A stretch of DNA of 64,000 bases from Candidatus Micrarchaeota archaeon (GTDB lineage: Archaea; Micrarchaeota; Micrarchaeia; Anstonellales; Bilamarchaeaceae): NCBI GenBank assembly GCA_964647855.1, contig CAZYJW010000001.1, forward strand, positions 357,200-421,199, written 5' to 3'. The position numbers and the translations under genes were made by a program. The first letter of the stretch is position 1. Every line of letters begins with the position of its first letter. The notes beneath the pieces are model-generated. The model did not search any database and was not told where the DNA came from. It saw only the letters and a list, made by a program, of their open reading frames with translations. Below, piece by piece: positions 55,459 to 64,000 of the stretch.

Positions 55459-56115
55459 TCAGACAAAGCGCCGCCTTAGGAGGAAAAGCCCTATCCCTAT
55501 GCCATGGAGAGGGCTCAGCTTCGACTTCCCCCTTCGCGCGCGGTAGGTTATCGGGACCTCCCTAAGGGACAGGCCCCTTTTCGCGCACTCGGCGAAAAAG
55601 TTCGCCTCGAGCTCGAAATGGCCCTCTTGTATCTCCATCGCCTTGTAGGCATTTTTGCGGAACGCCCAGAAGCCAGAGCACACGTCGCTGACGCCCCTGC
55701 CGTAGATGGCGGAGGCGAGGAATGAGAGCGCCCTGTTCCCGAAAGCGTTCATTGCGGACATCGAGCCCGGCTCGATTCTGCCCCTGAACCTGCTGCCCAG
55801 CGCAACGTCCGATTCGTCGAGGGCGCTGAGCAGGAGCGGTATCTCCTCCGGGCAGTAGCTCGAATCTGAATCGAGGAGCACGACGCGGTCGGCGTCCACC
55901 ATGGCGAACGCCCTGCCTATCGCCCGCGCCTTCCCCCTTCCCTCCACGGATATGACCTTTGCGCCGGAGCGCCTCGCAATCTCCCGGGTCCCGTCTGTGC
56001 TCCCGCTGTCCACCACGAACACGGAGAAATCCTTCCCCGCATTCCTCACCCCGCGTATCACGTCGCCGACCGACTCGGCTTCGTCCATGGTGGGAAGGAG
56101 GACTGCGACGCGCAT
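55459..56115 (-). CDS. Family 2 glycosyltransferase (Dpm1/GtrB-like)
   Basis: VAVLLPTMDEAESV...VFVVDSGSTDGT...LLDSDSSY (DxD) motifs of GT2. Confidence 0.75.
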   Translation of the reverse strand: MRVAVLLPTMDEAESVGDVIRGVRNAGKDFSVFVVDSGSTDGTREIARRSGAKVISVEGRGKARAIGRAFAMVDADRVVLLDSDSSYCPEEIPLLLSALDESDVALGSRFRGRIEPGSMSAMNAFGNRALSFLASAIYGRGVSDVCSGFWAFRKNAYKAMEIQEGHFELEANFFAECAKRGLSLREVPITYRARRGKSKLSPLHGIGIGLFLLRRRFV

Positions 56116-57751
56116 GGATAACGGTCTCCCCGCTCGTTATTATATTAATAACCTTCATGCGCAAGTTCCCCTGCTGGTCGCCGTGCAACCCATCGACAGG
56201 ATTTCGAATCTTCTTTACTCCGGCCTCTGGGCCCTGTTCCTGTTCAGCCTGCTCGCTGCAGCCGCGCTCATCATCGTGAGCATCCCCTCTCTTCCGGGGA
56301 TGGTCGAGGATTTCCACGGCGACAGCTACGACACCATCACGAGCGTGAAGGTGCTCTGCGAGGAGGGCCCCTTCGGGCAGCCGGAGTATTTCGACAGGCC
56401 CTACCGGATGTTCGGGAACTTCCCCCTCCTGTATGCCGCGCTCTCATGCATAATCAACCTCGCGGTGAACGATTACTCCCTTAGCGTCACTCTCCTCTAC
56501 TGGGCCGTGGAAATAGGGATAGCCGCCCTCCTATGGTCCGTCCTGCTGAAAAAGCTCGACCCGAAACTGCGCCTCCTCATCATCACGGTCTTCCTCGCCG
56601 ACATCGTCTTCGGCAACCTGTTCCCCCTCGGCTTCCGCAAGAGGCAGCAGCTCGCGGTGCTCCTCGGGCTCGCCATGTTCGCTTCGGAGGGCCGCGCCCT
56701 GGGGGGCGCGCTCGCCTTCCTCGCCGCGCTCGCGCAGCCGTTCACGGGGATCATGCTCGCCGGCCTCAGGGGCCTCCATCTCGCGGACAGGCGCGACTAC
56801 GGCGGAATCGCGGCTCTTGCGGCCGGGCTCGCCCTTTCGCTGCCCTTCTACTCCGGCCTCCTGCTCTCCACCGCGGAGGAGCCGGCGATGCCAGGATGCG
56901 GGCTGATTACGTTCCGCCAGTTCGCAGGCCCCGCGCTCATCCTCGTTGCAGCAATCGCGCTCTTCTGCTACGAGAACCGCCCGCGGCTGGGGCCCCTCGG
57001 ATTCGGCACGCTCGCCCTGGCGCTGTTCTACCCTCTCTCGCTGCTGGGCTTCCTCGTCATCAAGGACGTGGCGCCCGCCGCAATCACGGAGCGGTTCCTC
57101 TACATCGTGTCGATGCCTTGCGTCGAATCGGTCCTGCAGGCGGCCGCCGCTGGCATGGCTGCGATGGTTTTCCTCAAGGGGGCATCAATTTCCCGCCCCG
57201 CCGCGTCCATCCTCATCGTTTTTTCCGTGATAAACCTCGCCTATCTCATGTCCGGGCTGATGGCCCCGCCCGCGCTCGATTCGCGCTATGGGGAGCTCGA
57301 ATCCGTCCTTTCAGGAAACGGCATCGCCCGGGTGAAAAGCGCGGAGATGGCCGTGTCCGGCTACGGTGGGGAAAACCGTTTCACCCCCCTATTCCCATGG
57401 TTTCCGTTCCTCGGCTATTCCCTGCTCGAAGGCAAGCCCCTGCACTTCATAGATGAGATAAACCTCCCGCCGCAGATGTCCCGCGGCGGCAGCAACATCC
57501 ACATGATGAAACTCCCGCCCGCAATATACGAAGGCGATATCGCAGGCTGCCGCGCCGCAGTGGGCGGCATGAGGGGCGCGGGGGCCGAGGGCGTCCTCGT
57601 GCTCGTGAACTACGATTTCACTGCCGTTAGGGACGCGGAGAAGGAGGCCAGATTCTACGATGAAGGCTTCCTGGGGGAATGCGGCCTCGAGCTTATTTCC
57701 GGCCTTCCGCCCGGCGCCACCACGATGGCGGTCTACAGGGTGGCACCATGA
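56114..57751 (+). CDS. Large polytopic membrane protein in glycosylation cluster (possible GT-C-like or flippase), start uncertain
   Basis: ~540 aa with >10 TM segments. The annotated ATG overlaps the divergent GT2 start by 2 nt (CATG), so the real start may be the GTG at ~56183. The stop overlaps the next GT2 start (ATGA). Confidence 0.4.
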   Translation: MDNGLPARYYINNLHAQVPLLVAVQPIDRISNLLYSGLWALFLFSLLAAAALIIVSIPSLPGMVEDFHGDSYDTITSVKVLCEEGPFGQPEYFDRPYRMFGNFPLLYAALSCIINLAVNDYSLSVTLLYWAVEIGIAALLWSVLLKKLDPKLRLLIITVFLADIVFGNLFPLGFRKRQQLAVLLGLAMFASEGRALGGALAFLAALAQPFTGIMLAGLRGLHLADRRDYGGIAALAAGLALSLPFYSGLLLSTAEEPAMPGCGLITFRQFAGPALILVAAIALFCYENRPRLGPLGFGTLALALFYPLSLLGFLVIKDVAPAAITERFLYIVSMPCVESVLQAAAAGMAAMVFLKGASISRPAASILIVFSVINLAYLMSGLMAPPALDSRYGELESVLSGNGIARVKSAEMAVSGYGGENRFTPLFPWFPFLGYSLLEGKPLHFIDEINLPPQMSRGGSNIHMMKLPPAIYEGDIAGCRAAVGGMRGAGAEGVLVLVNYDFTAVRDAEKEARFYDEGFLGECGLELISGLPPGATTMAVYRVAP

Positions 57752-58497
57752 GCGCAAGGGCGAGCCGTTTGGCGGTGTCCGCAATCATCCCGGTGCACAA
57801 CGAGGCGGAGACGCTCGCGGATGCCGTAGCCCGCCTCTCGGAGGCGCTCCGGCGCTTCGGCTGGGAATCAGAGATAATCATCTGCGAGGACGGGAGCACG
57901 GACGGCTCGGCAAAGGCAGCGCGCGCAATCGCGGCAGAAAACCCCGGCGTCCGCGCGATAATCTCGGAAAAGCGCCTCGGACGCGGCCTCTCGCTCTCGC
58001 GCGCCATCCGCGGGGCGAAGGGGGATATCGTCATATACATGGACGCGGACCTCGCGACCGGCCTCGCCCACCTCCCGGAGCTTGTGCGCGCGATTGAGGC
58101 CGGGGCGGGCATCGCGACGGGCTCGCGCATGCTTCCGGGCTCCATTGTGGAAGGCCGCAGCGCCCTTCGTGAAATCTCAAGCAGGGGCTATAACCTCCTA
58201 ATCCGGATTCTTTTCGGCTCGAGAATCCACGACCACCAGTGCGGGTTCAAGGCGTTCCGGAAGTCGGGCGTGCTTCCGCTTCTGGAAGAAGTCCGGGACA
58301 GGCATTGGTTCTGGGACACCGAGCTGCTCGTCCGCGCGCAGCGCAAGGGGATGCGCGTAGCGGAAATCCCGGTGCGGTGGAAGGACAGGAAGGAGAGCCG
58401 CGTGCGCCTTCATTCCGACATATTCCGCATGGGCGCCTCCGCGCTGATGCTCCGGCTCGCGCTATGGAAAGGGGTAAAAAGAAATCGGGGCGATTGA
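57748..58497 (+). CDS. Family 2 glycosyltransferase (dolichyl-phosphate hexose synthase-like)
   Basis: SAIIPVHNEAETL, CEDGSTDGS, YMDADLA (DxD) motifs of GT2, and a C-terminal amphipathic region. Confidence 0.75.
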   Translation: MSARASRLAVSAIIPVHNEAETLADAVARLSEALRRFGWESEIIICEDGSTDGSAKAARAIAAENPGVRAIISEKRLGRGLSLSRAIRGAKGDIVIYMDADLATGLAHLPELVRAIEAGAGIATGSRMLPGSIVEGRSALREISSRGYNLLIRILFGSRIHDHQCGFKAFRKSGVLPLLEEVRDRHWFWDTELLVRAQRKGMRVAEIPVRWKDRKESRVRLHSDIFRMGASALMLRLALWKGVKRNRGD

Positions 58498-58502
58498 AAA
58501 CC

Positions 58503-59927
58503 ATGGGCGGGAGGCAAGGGCTTTTTGCAGTGGCTTTCATATCGGGCGCATGCTCGCTCCTCGTGGAGCTAGCGGGAGCGCGCGCCATGGCGCCGTTCCT
58601 CGGTACTACGATTTACTCGTGGGCGGCGGTCATCGGCTTCGTGCTCGCGTCGCTGAGCATCGGGTATTATATCGGCGGCGTCCTCGCGGACAGGTTCAAC
58701 GACCGGAAGCACCTCGCCGCCATACTTCTGGGCGCGTCCCTCTCAACGCTGGCGATACCCGCGCTCGGCTCGGTGCTGCTTCCATTCACGCTTTTCACGG
58801 ACCTCGCCACGGGCAGCCTATTCGGGGCGTTGATTCTCGTCCCGGCGAGCCTCTTCTACGGCATGGTCTCGCCCTACTGCATCAAGCTCACGAACGCCGC
58901 CGGGGAGGAGGGCAGGAGCGCGGGGACGCTGTTCGCGGTCTCGACCGTCGGCAGCATCGCGGGCGCCCTCGGGACGGGCTTCGTATTGATTCCATCGATG
59001 CAGATAACCCACATCTTCGTGCTCGCGGGCGCGCTGATGTTCGCATGCTGCCTCGCGCTCTCGGGCTTCGGAAGGAAGGCGCTCACGGACGCGTTCCCGT
59101 TCGCGGCGTTCGCGCTAATAGCCCTAAGCTCGTCGGTCGAGCCTCCGATGAGCGGCGACATCGTTTTCAGCGGGCAGAGCCCGTACTACCATCTCAGGGT
59201 CATAGACACGCAATGGAACGGCGGGCCCGCGCGCGTGCTCTTCCTTGACAGCGCTGCGTCCTCGGGCGAGAGGCCGGACGGCGAGCTGGCGTTCCAGTAC
59301 ATGATTGCGAAGCGCCTCGCCTATCCGTATGCCGGGGACGTGGGGAAGGCGCTCGTGATAGGCGCGGCGGCAGGGAACGAGATGGAGGACGTAGAGAGGC
59401 ACTTCCCGGATGCCGAAGTCCACGGGGTGGAAATCGACCCGGCCGCGGTCGCGCTGGGGAGGGAATATTTCTCGCTCGGCGACGGAACAGCCTCGCGGAT
59501 AGCGATAGACGACGCCCGGCGCTTCGTGCGCCGCTCGGAGGGCGGATACGACCTCGTCCTCATCGACTGCTTCCACGGCATCAGCCCCCCTTACCACCTG
59601 ACCACCGCGGAGTTCCTGCGCGAGCTCAAGGGCACGATGGCGCCGGATGGCATGGCGGTCGTCAACGTGATATCCTCGCTCGAGGGCCCGAAGTCCGAGG
59701 CCTTCCTGAGGTTCCACAGCACCTTCTCATCCGTTTTCGATAACGTCGCCGCCGTCCAGACAAGGAACGACACCGCCCGGCTCCAGAACATCATAATCGT
59801 CGCGAGCGACCGCGACCTGTCGGATTTCACGCGCGGCCATGCCGGCGAAATATATTCCGGGCCCGTCCCCTTCCGCGAGCCGCTGACCGACGGCCTGAAC
59901 CCGATAGAGCTCTACGCCACGCGCTGA
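58503..59927 (+). CDS. Membrane-anchored spermidine-synthase-like (aminopropyltransferase/MTase fold) fusion protein
   Basis: N-terminal ~7 TM helices, then a SpeE-like domain (YHLRVID...VLFLDSAASS...ALVIGAAAGNEMEDV...LIDCFHG) with a degenerate GGGDG motif. An alternative start at 58464 would overlap the upstream GT2. Confidence 0.55.
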   Translation: MGGRQGLFAVAFISGACSLLVELAGARAMAPFLGTTIYSWAAVIGFVLASLSIGYYIGGVLADRFNDRKHLAAILLGASLSTLAIPALGSVLLPFTLFTDLATGSLFGALILVPASLFYGMVSPYCIKLTNAAGEEGRSAGTLFAVSTVGSIAGALGTGFVLIPSMQITHIFVLAGALMFACCLALSGFGRKALTDAFPFAAFALIALSSSVEPPMSGDIVFSGQSPYYHLRVIDTQWNGGPARVLFLDSAASSGERPDGELAFQYMIAKRLAYPYAGDVGKALVIGAAAGNEMEDVERHFPDAEVHGVEIDPAAVALGREYFSLGDGTASRIAIDDARRFVRRSEGGYDLVLIDCFHGISPPYHLTTAEFLRELKGTMAPDGMAVVNVISSLEGPKSEAFLRFHSTFSSVFDNVAAVQTRNDTARLQNIIIVASDRDLSDFTRGHAGEIYSGPVPFREPLTDGLNPIELYATR

Positions 59928-59964
59928 AATGGTTATTTATCCCTTAGCCCCGCATAATGCGAAT

Positions 59965-60729
59965 ATGCGCATCCGGCTCTTCTACAACAGGTCCGTCCAC
60001 GAGAACGCGGCATACTACTACGAGCTCGCCAAGGAGGCTCGCTCCAAGGTGGCGGGGGCCGAAAAGGCGATTGCCGAGACCGAGGCGGAAACCAGGGAGG
60101 CCGGCAAGGCGAAAAAGGCGGGCGTGCGCGTCAAGAGGGCGAAGGAATGGTTCGAGCGCTTCCACCACGCAATGACCTCCGGCGGCAGGCTCGCAATCGG
60201 GGGCCGCAGCGCACAGCAGAACGACCAGCTCGTGTCAAAACGCATGGATGATTCCGACCTGTTCTTCCACGCCGACATCCAGGGCGGCTCGGCGTTCGTT
60301 CTCAAAGACGGCATCAACGCATCAGAAGAAGAGATGGCGGAAGCCGCGCAGATGGCCGCATCGTTCTCGAACGCGTGGAAGAACGGCAACGCCGCGGTGG
60401 ACGTCTATGCGGTCGGAAAGGGCCAGCTCACGAAGAACGTGAGCGGCGGCTTCGTGCCTTCGGGCGCATTCGCAATCCTTGGCGAGCGCCGCTGGTTCCG
60501 CGGGACGCGGCTCGCCCTGCGAATCGGCATGGGGGAAAAGGGCCCGGCGCTCGTGCCGGACGTCTCGAAGGCGCGCCTCGGAAACGAGCTCACGCTCATC
60601 CCTTTCCCGGCGGGAAAGGAGAAGGGCGCCCTTGCGAAATCACTGGCGAAAAGGTTCGGCGTCCACCCTGACGAGCTGCTCGAGCTGCTTCCGAACGGGA
60701 AGAGCAAGACCGCCGGGCCATCAGCCTGA
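59965..60729 (+). CDS. NFACT-R (DUF814)-containing protein, short Rqc2/FbpA-like form
   Basis: N-terminal coiled-coil, then DLFFHADIQGGSAFVLKDG resembling the NFACT-R core. Confidence 0.4.
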   Translation: MRIRLFYNRSVHENAAYYYELAKEARSKVAGAEKAIAETEAETREAGKAKKAGVRVKRAKEWFERFHHAMTSGGRLAIGGRSAQQNDQLVSKRMDDSDLFFHADIQGGSAFVLKDGINASEEEMAEAAQMAASFSNAWKNGNAAVDVYAVGKGQLTKNVSGGFVPSGAFAILGERRWFRGTRLALRIGMGEKGPALVPDVSKARLGNELTLIPFPAGKEKGALAKSLAKRFGVHPDELLELLPNGKSKTAGPSA

Positions 60730-61239
60730 GTGGAGCTCGAAGCCCTCCGCCACCCGTTCGCGCATTGCGGCGTCGCATTCCCAGAGGAGCGAAAAGCCGA
60801 CTTCGTCCACCGCGATGCAGTCCGCCGCCGTGTGGCGGCCGATGACGCGCCCGAGGGCCGCCCGGTCATCGCCGACTATCAGCAGCGAGGGCCGCTCGCC
60901 CCTGCTTTCCGCCCCGAGGGAATGGGGCGGCAGGAGCGTTATGCGCCTTGACAGCGGCGCGGCCTCCGCCACGAGCGGCATCAAATCCGCGACGGTCATC
61001 AGGATGCGGAACTGGCGGAGCAGCGGGCTCGCGCTGTTCCTGCGGAAAAAGGACATGCGCCCCCTTTTCGACCGAAGGACAATCCCCGCCCGCCCGAATC
61101 TCTTCAGGATTGCGTTCGCCGAGCCCACGCTCACGCCCGCGCCCCGGGCGATTTCGCGCTCATACCCCTCCCCCTCCATCCTGCAGATGTGGGCGAGCAG
61201 GCGGGATTCGGCCTTTGTCATCGCCAAATTCCTGAACAT
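60721..61239 (-). CDS. Winged-helix transcriptional regulator with uncharacterised C-terminal domain
   Basis: N-terminal wHTH (TKAESRLLAHICRMEGEGYEREIARGAGVSVGSANAILKRFGRAGIV); divergent from the surface-protein gene across an AT-rich region. Confidence 0.5.
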   Translation of the reverse strand: MFRNLAMTKAESRLLAHICRMEGEGYEREIARGAGVSVGSANAILKRFGRAGIVLRSKRGRMSFFRRNSASPLLRQFRILMTVADLMPLVAEAAPLSRRITLLPPHSLGAESRGERPSLLIVGDDRAALGRVIGRHTAADCIAVDEVGFSLLWECDAAMRERVAEGFELHSG

Positions 61240-61440
61240 GCTTTCAATATTTTGAATAACACATATAAATGTGCGCACCGGATACCACAGCGCCCGCGCT
61301 TATCGGATGGAAAATATTGTGTTGATATGTGATTTTTCCTATGTTTTCGTCAAACGACCGCAGCAACCTTTATAAATATTATATTAGTTTAGGAGTGCAA
61401 TGTGTGTACGCCTCTGAACGGGGGCGGAGGATTGAATTGC

Positions 61441-62100
61441 ATGACCTTCAAGAAAATCTTGGCCCTCTTCGGAGTGTTCATCTTCGCGGCGGGCGTTGTA
61501 ATGGCGATCAGCGGTGCCACTGTCGGCACCGAAGTCGAGCGCGGCCGCTGGACCGGCTTGACTGCAGGCAGTGTTGCCACTGAAGGCGGCAACATTTCCG
61601 GCGTGAACGTGACTGGTGCGACACTCACAGACAGGTGGGCATCGTATTACGGAAACGTTACCGGAGACATACGACTCACGGACTCTGCCGGAACGAACAA
61701 CGTGTACTCTTGGACCTGGACCGCAACCGACGGCGGTGAGGTGTGCCTTTCCGAGGCAAGCGGCTTTGCATTTGACTCGGCAGTGGCAGGTGACGGCGCG
61801 GACATCGACACCGATTTCGGATGGACGACCGGAGCCGACCTTGGAGCCAACACATACACGGGAGGAGCCGGCGCAATCACCTTTAACGGCGTGACTGCGA
61901 TTACGACTGCAGATTCCGTGACTCTCGATGGTGGTTTCGTAGATGTTCTCGTAGATGACAACAACGGTAACCTCGCTTACTGCACCGCCATTAACTCGGC
62001 CGGCACGAACTACAACGGCGAATCAGCCCACTACGAGGTTATGGTCCCGACTTACGAATCAGGGGACACGACGTATTACTTCTTCGCGGAGCTGAACTGA
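61441..62100 (+). CDS. Secreted T/G/N-rich surface protein with multiple N-glycosylation sequons
   Basis: Signal MTFKKILALFGVFIFAAGVVMA; mature part rich in N-x-S/T (NIS, NVT, NVT, NGT) and Gly/Thr. It shares the TEGGNISGVNVTG motif with the ORF at 63881. Confidence 0.5.
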   Translation: MTFKKILALFGVFIFAAGVVMAISGATVGTEVERGRWTGLTAGSVATEGGNISGVNVTGATLTDRWASYYGNVTGDIRLTDSAGTNNVYSWTWTATDGGEVCLSEASGFAFDSAVAGDGADIDTDFGWTTGADLGANTYTGGAGAITFNGVTAITTADSVTLDGGFVDVLVDDNNGNLAYCTAINSAGTNYNGESAHYEVMVPTYESGDTTYYFFAELN

Positions 62101-62179
62101 AGTAGTACATCCATTTTTTTATTTTTTCTTCCATTATTTTATGCGCGGTTCGCGCATGACGGAGAGGGAGGGATAAAAA

Positions 62180-63874
62180 ATGAGGCTTCCGATAATCGCG
62201 CTATTCATGCTCGCAGTCTTGTCATTCTCATTCGCAGAGGACATGGTCGCAATTAACTCCAAGGACGGCCGGGACGTTCTCTCCGGCGTGTTCTATGCCA
62301 ATGCCAAGGGCCTGCCGGTGAAATTCATCCCGGAGCCCGGCGGCAACGCAGACCTTTTCGCGGCGAAGGTGGGCTCGAACCACGATATCCTGCTCATCCA
62401 GGGCTCGCTTCCGGTGAGCACCTTCGTGGAAAGCGCCCTGCGGGACAGGAACAACACGGTCACGGTCCACTCGTCTTCTGACGGCGGAAGCGCCAACCTC
62501 GAACTTGCGAAAAAATCCGGTGCATCGGGCTTCATAATAGTGGACTCGGCATATTCCGACAGCGCGATATCCGTCCTTCCCTACGCCGCAAAGACGAAAT
62601 CCTATGTGCTGCTCGCGGACAAGGACAACATCGAAGAAATCAAGGGAATCGTCTCAGGAAAGAAAGTGATGATATACGGCCTTGTGGACGAGAAGGTAAA
62701 GAGCGAGCTCGCATCGCTCGAGCCTGAAATCCTCGGGAAGGGCGAGGACAAGTACGAGGACAACGTCCTCATCGTTGGCAGGATGATGAGGGAATACTCG
62801 ATAAAGCGCGTCATCATGGTTGACGGGACCTTCCTCGAGGACGCGATGGCGACCGGGGGCGAGCCGATCCTTCTCACTGGAAGGCTTGTCCCGCAGCCCA
62901 CCTACGACTTCATGAAGCAGGGCGTCAGGGACGGCTCCTTCGGGGGCGTCATGCTCCTTGGCAACGACCTCGTCGTGCCGATTTACGACATGCGCGAGCG
63001 CATGAAGAAGGAATTCGAGAACGAGGGTCTGAACAAGACGTTCGGCATCGTGGTCAAGTTCGCGCAGGTGATACCCTCCGCGGGCACGGGCGTCGTCACC
63101 CTTGACACCTTCCGCCTTCCGGCATACCAGCCGGACCTCGAAATACTCGAGGCCGTCTACAACAAGGGCTCCGAAACGGTCATGGTGAGCGTCGACAACC
63201 CCGGCGAGGGCTCGGCCTACTACACCATGGAGGTAAAGGTGACGGTGGACGGGGCAGACTACCGGACGTTCGGAACCAACGACACCCGCCTTATCGAGCG
63301 CGGCGAGACGCAGGGCACGGAGTTCCCGCTCGACCTTTCCGGCATCCCCGAGGGTTCGGTGAATGCGACGGTCGTTGTCAAGTTCGGCTCGTTCAAGAAG
63401 TCGCTCGAGGAATACACGTCCTATTCGGGCCAGCTTGCGACCATCACATACACGGACACATCCAACGTCACGGTGCAGAGGGCGAGATACGATGATTCAA
63501 GGAAGGGCGTCCTCGTAACGATACAGAACAACGGGGACGACGTTGCATACGTGTTCTCGAAGCTGTCGGTCGTCTACGGCGGCTCGCCGACGAACATAAG
63601 CAGCGCGGGCGTCAAGGAGCTTCCGGCGGGCTCGATGATGGTGGAGGAGTTCCCCCTCGAGCTTACGCAGGCGGACCTCTCCGCCAACGGGAACGCCAGC
63701 GTGTTCATAGACTACGGAGGAAGGCAGGGATTCCTCATGAAGAAGGCAGAATACGTCGTACCCCTAGAGAGCGCAGGGGAGTTCCCGCTGATTCTCGTGG
63801 GTTTCGCGCTCCTTGTGCTGGTGATACTGGCGGCGGCTTACCTCATTATGAAGAAGCCCGGGAAGAAGAAGTGA
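62180..63874 (+). CDS. Large surface (S-layer-like) glycoprotein with C-terminal transmembrane anchor and basic tail
   Basis: Signal MRLPIIALFMLAVLSFSFA, ~520-aa ectodomain with many N-x-S/T sequons, and C-terminal ...GEFPLILVGFALLVLVILAAAYLIMKKPGKKK (TM plus Lys tail, reminiscent of archaeosortase-type C-terminal sorting signals). Preceded by GGAGGG. Confidence 0.5.
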   Translation: MRLPIIALFMLAVLSFSFAEDMVAINSKDGRDVLSGVFYANAKGLPVKFIPEPGGNADLFAAKVGSNHDILLIQGSLPVSTFVESALRDRNNTVTVHSSSDGGSANLELAKKSGASGFIIVDSAYSDSAISVLPYAAKTKSYVLLADKDNIEEIKGIVSGKKVMIYGLVDEKVKSELASLEPEILGKGEDKYEDNVLIVGRMMREYSIKRVIMVDGTFLEDAMATGGEPILLTGRLVPQPTYDFMKQGVRDGSFGGVMLLGNDLVVPIYDMRERMKKEFENEGLNKTFGIVVKFAQVIPSAGTGVVTLDTFRLPAYQPDLEILEAVYNKGSETVMVSVDNPGEGSAYYTMEVKVTVDGADYRTFGTNDTRLIERGETQGTEFPLDLSGIPEGSVNATVVVKFGSFKKSLEEYTSYSGQLATITYTDTSNVTVQRARYDDSRKGVLVTIQNNGDDVAYVFSKLSVVYGGSPTNISSAGVKELPAGSMMVEEFPLELTQADLSANGNASVFIDYGGRQGFLMKKAEYVVPLESAGEFPLILVGFALLVLVILAAAYLIMKKPGKKK

Positions 63875-63880
63875 GTGCGG

Positions 63881-64000
63881 ATGAAGCCCGCCGCATTCCT
63901 TCTCGTTCTCCTTTCAATCGCCTTTGCCCAGGCGGCCACGGAAGGCGGGAACATAAGCGCCGTCAACGCCACCGGTGAGGGCGCCTCCACATGGCATGGC
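63881..64000 (+). CDS. Secreted surface protein paralog (5' partial, runs off window)
   Basis: MKPAAFLLVLLSIAFAQAATEGGNISAVNATGEGASTWHG shares the TEGGNISxVNxTG motif with the 61441 product. Confidence 0.45.
   Translation, partial: MKPAAFLLVLLSIAFAQAATEGGNISAVNATGEGASTWHG

Noticed and set aside
1-64000. Search for CRISPR arrays, transposases, integrases or prophage-like blocks (especially next to the two tRNA genes).
   Set aside because: No regularly spaced direct repeats were seen, apart from the two carA-upstream repeats. No IS-like terminal inverted repeats or recombinase-like ORFs were found in any frame I inspected. The tRNA flanks contain ordinary housekeeping genes.

Overview
This is a GC-rich (~65%) archaeal chromosomal segment, densely packed and mostly core housekeeping genes. 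It most resembles a euryarchaeon (Thermoplasmatota or Methanomicrobia-like), but no taxon can be assigned from sequence alone. Genes I can support from the translations:
- Proteostasis and translation: a grpE-dnaK-dnaJ operon with an extra J-domain-only ORF, 50S ribosomal proteins L1-L10(P0)-L12 without L11, S10, an unannotated 37-aa L41e, class I LysRS, Sua5/YrdC, KsgA and MBF1.
- DNA and nucleotide metabolism: FEN-1, PurH, carA-[Cys-rich ORF]-carB, an ornithine-carbamoyltransferase-like gene, and the archaeal AMP phosphorylase plus ribose-1,5-bisphosphate isomerase pair.
- A protein-glycosylation island (GT-C, two GT2, a polytopic membrane protein, a SpeE-like fusion) followed by paralogous surface proteins rich in N-glycosylation sequons.
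- Several lipoproteins sharing an L(L/V/F)FGC lipobox, transporters (CDF, TctA-like, CbiM-like ECF S-component), TldD, an M20 peptidase, a GNAT protein, two Lrp/AsnC regulators and a KaiC-like ATPase with Roadblock/LC7.
- RNA genes: a stand-alone 5S rRNA and two intron-containing tRNAs (Asp-GUC and Tyr-GUA).
I saw no CRISPR arrays, transposases or integrases. The most unusual items are: two paralogous 93-aa proteins bracketing the CbiM-like gene; the duplicated J-domain translationally coupled to dnaK; a repeat/palindrome architecture upstream of carA; an EF-Tu-like pseudo-GTPase; a zinc-ribbon ORF wedged between carA and carB; and a C-rich motif shared upstream of two oxidoreductase genes. 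Many long ORFs in the supplied six-frame track are antisense or out-of-frame shadows typical of high-GC DNA and were rejected.
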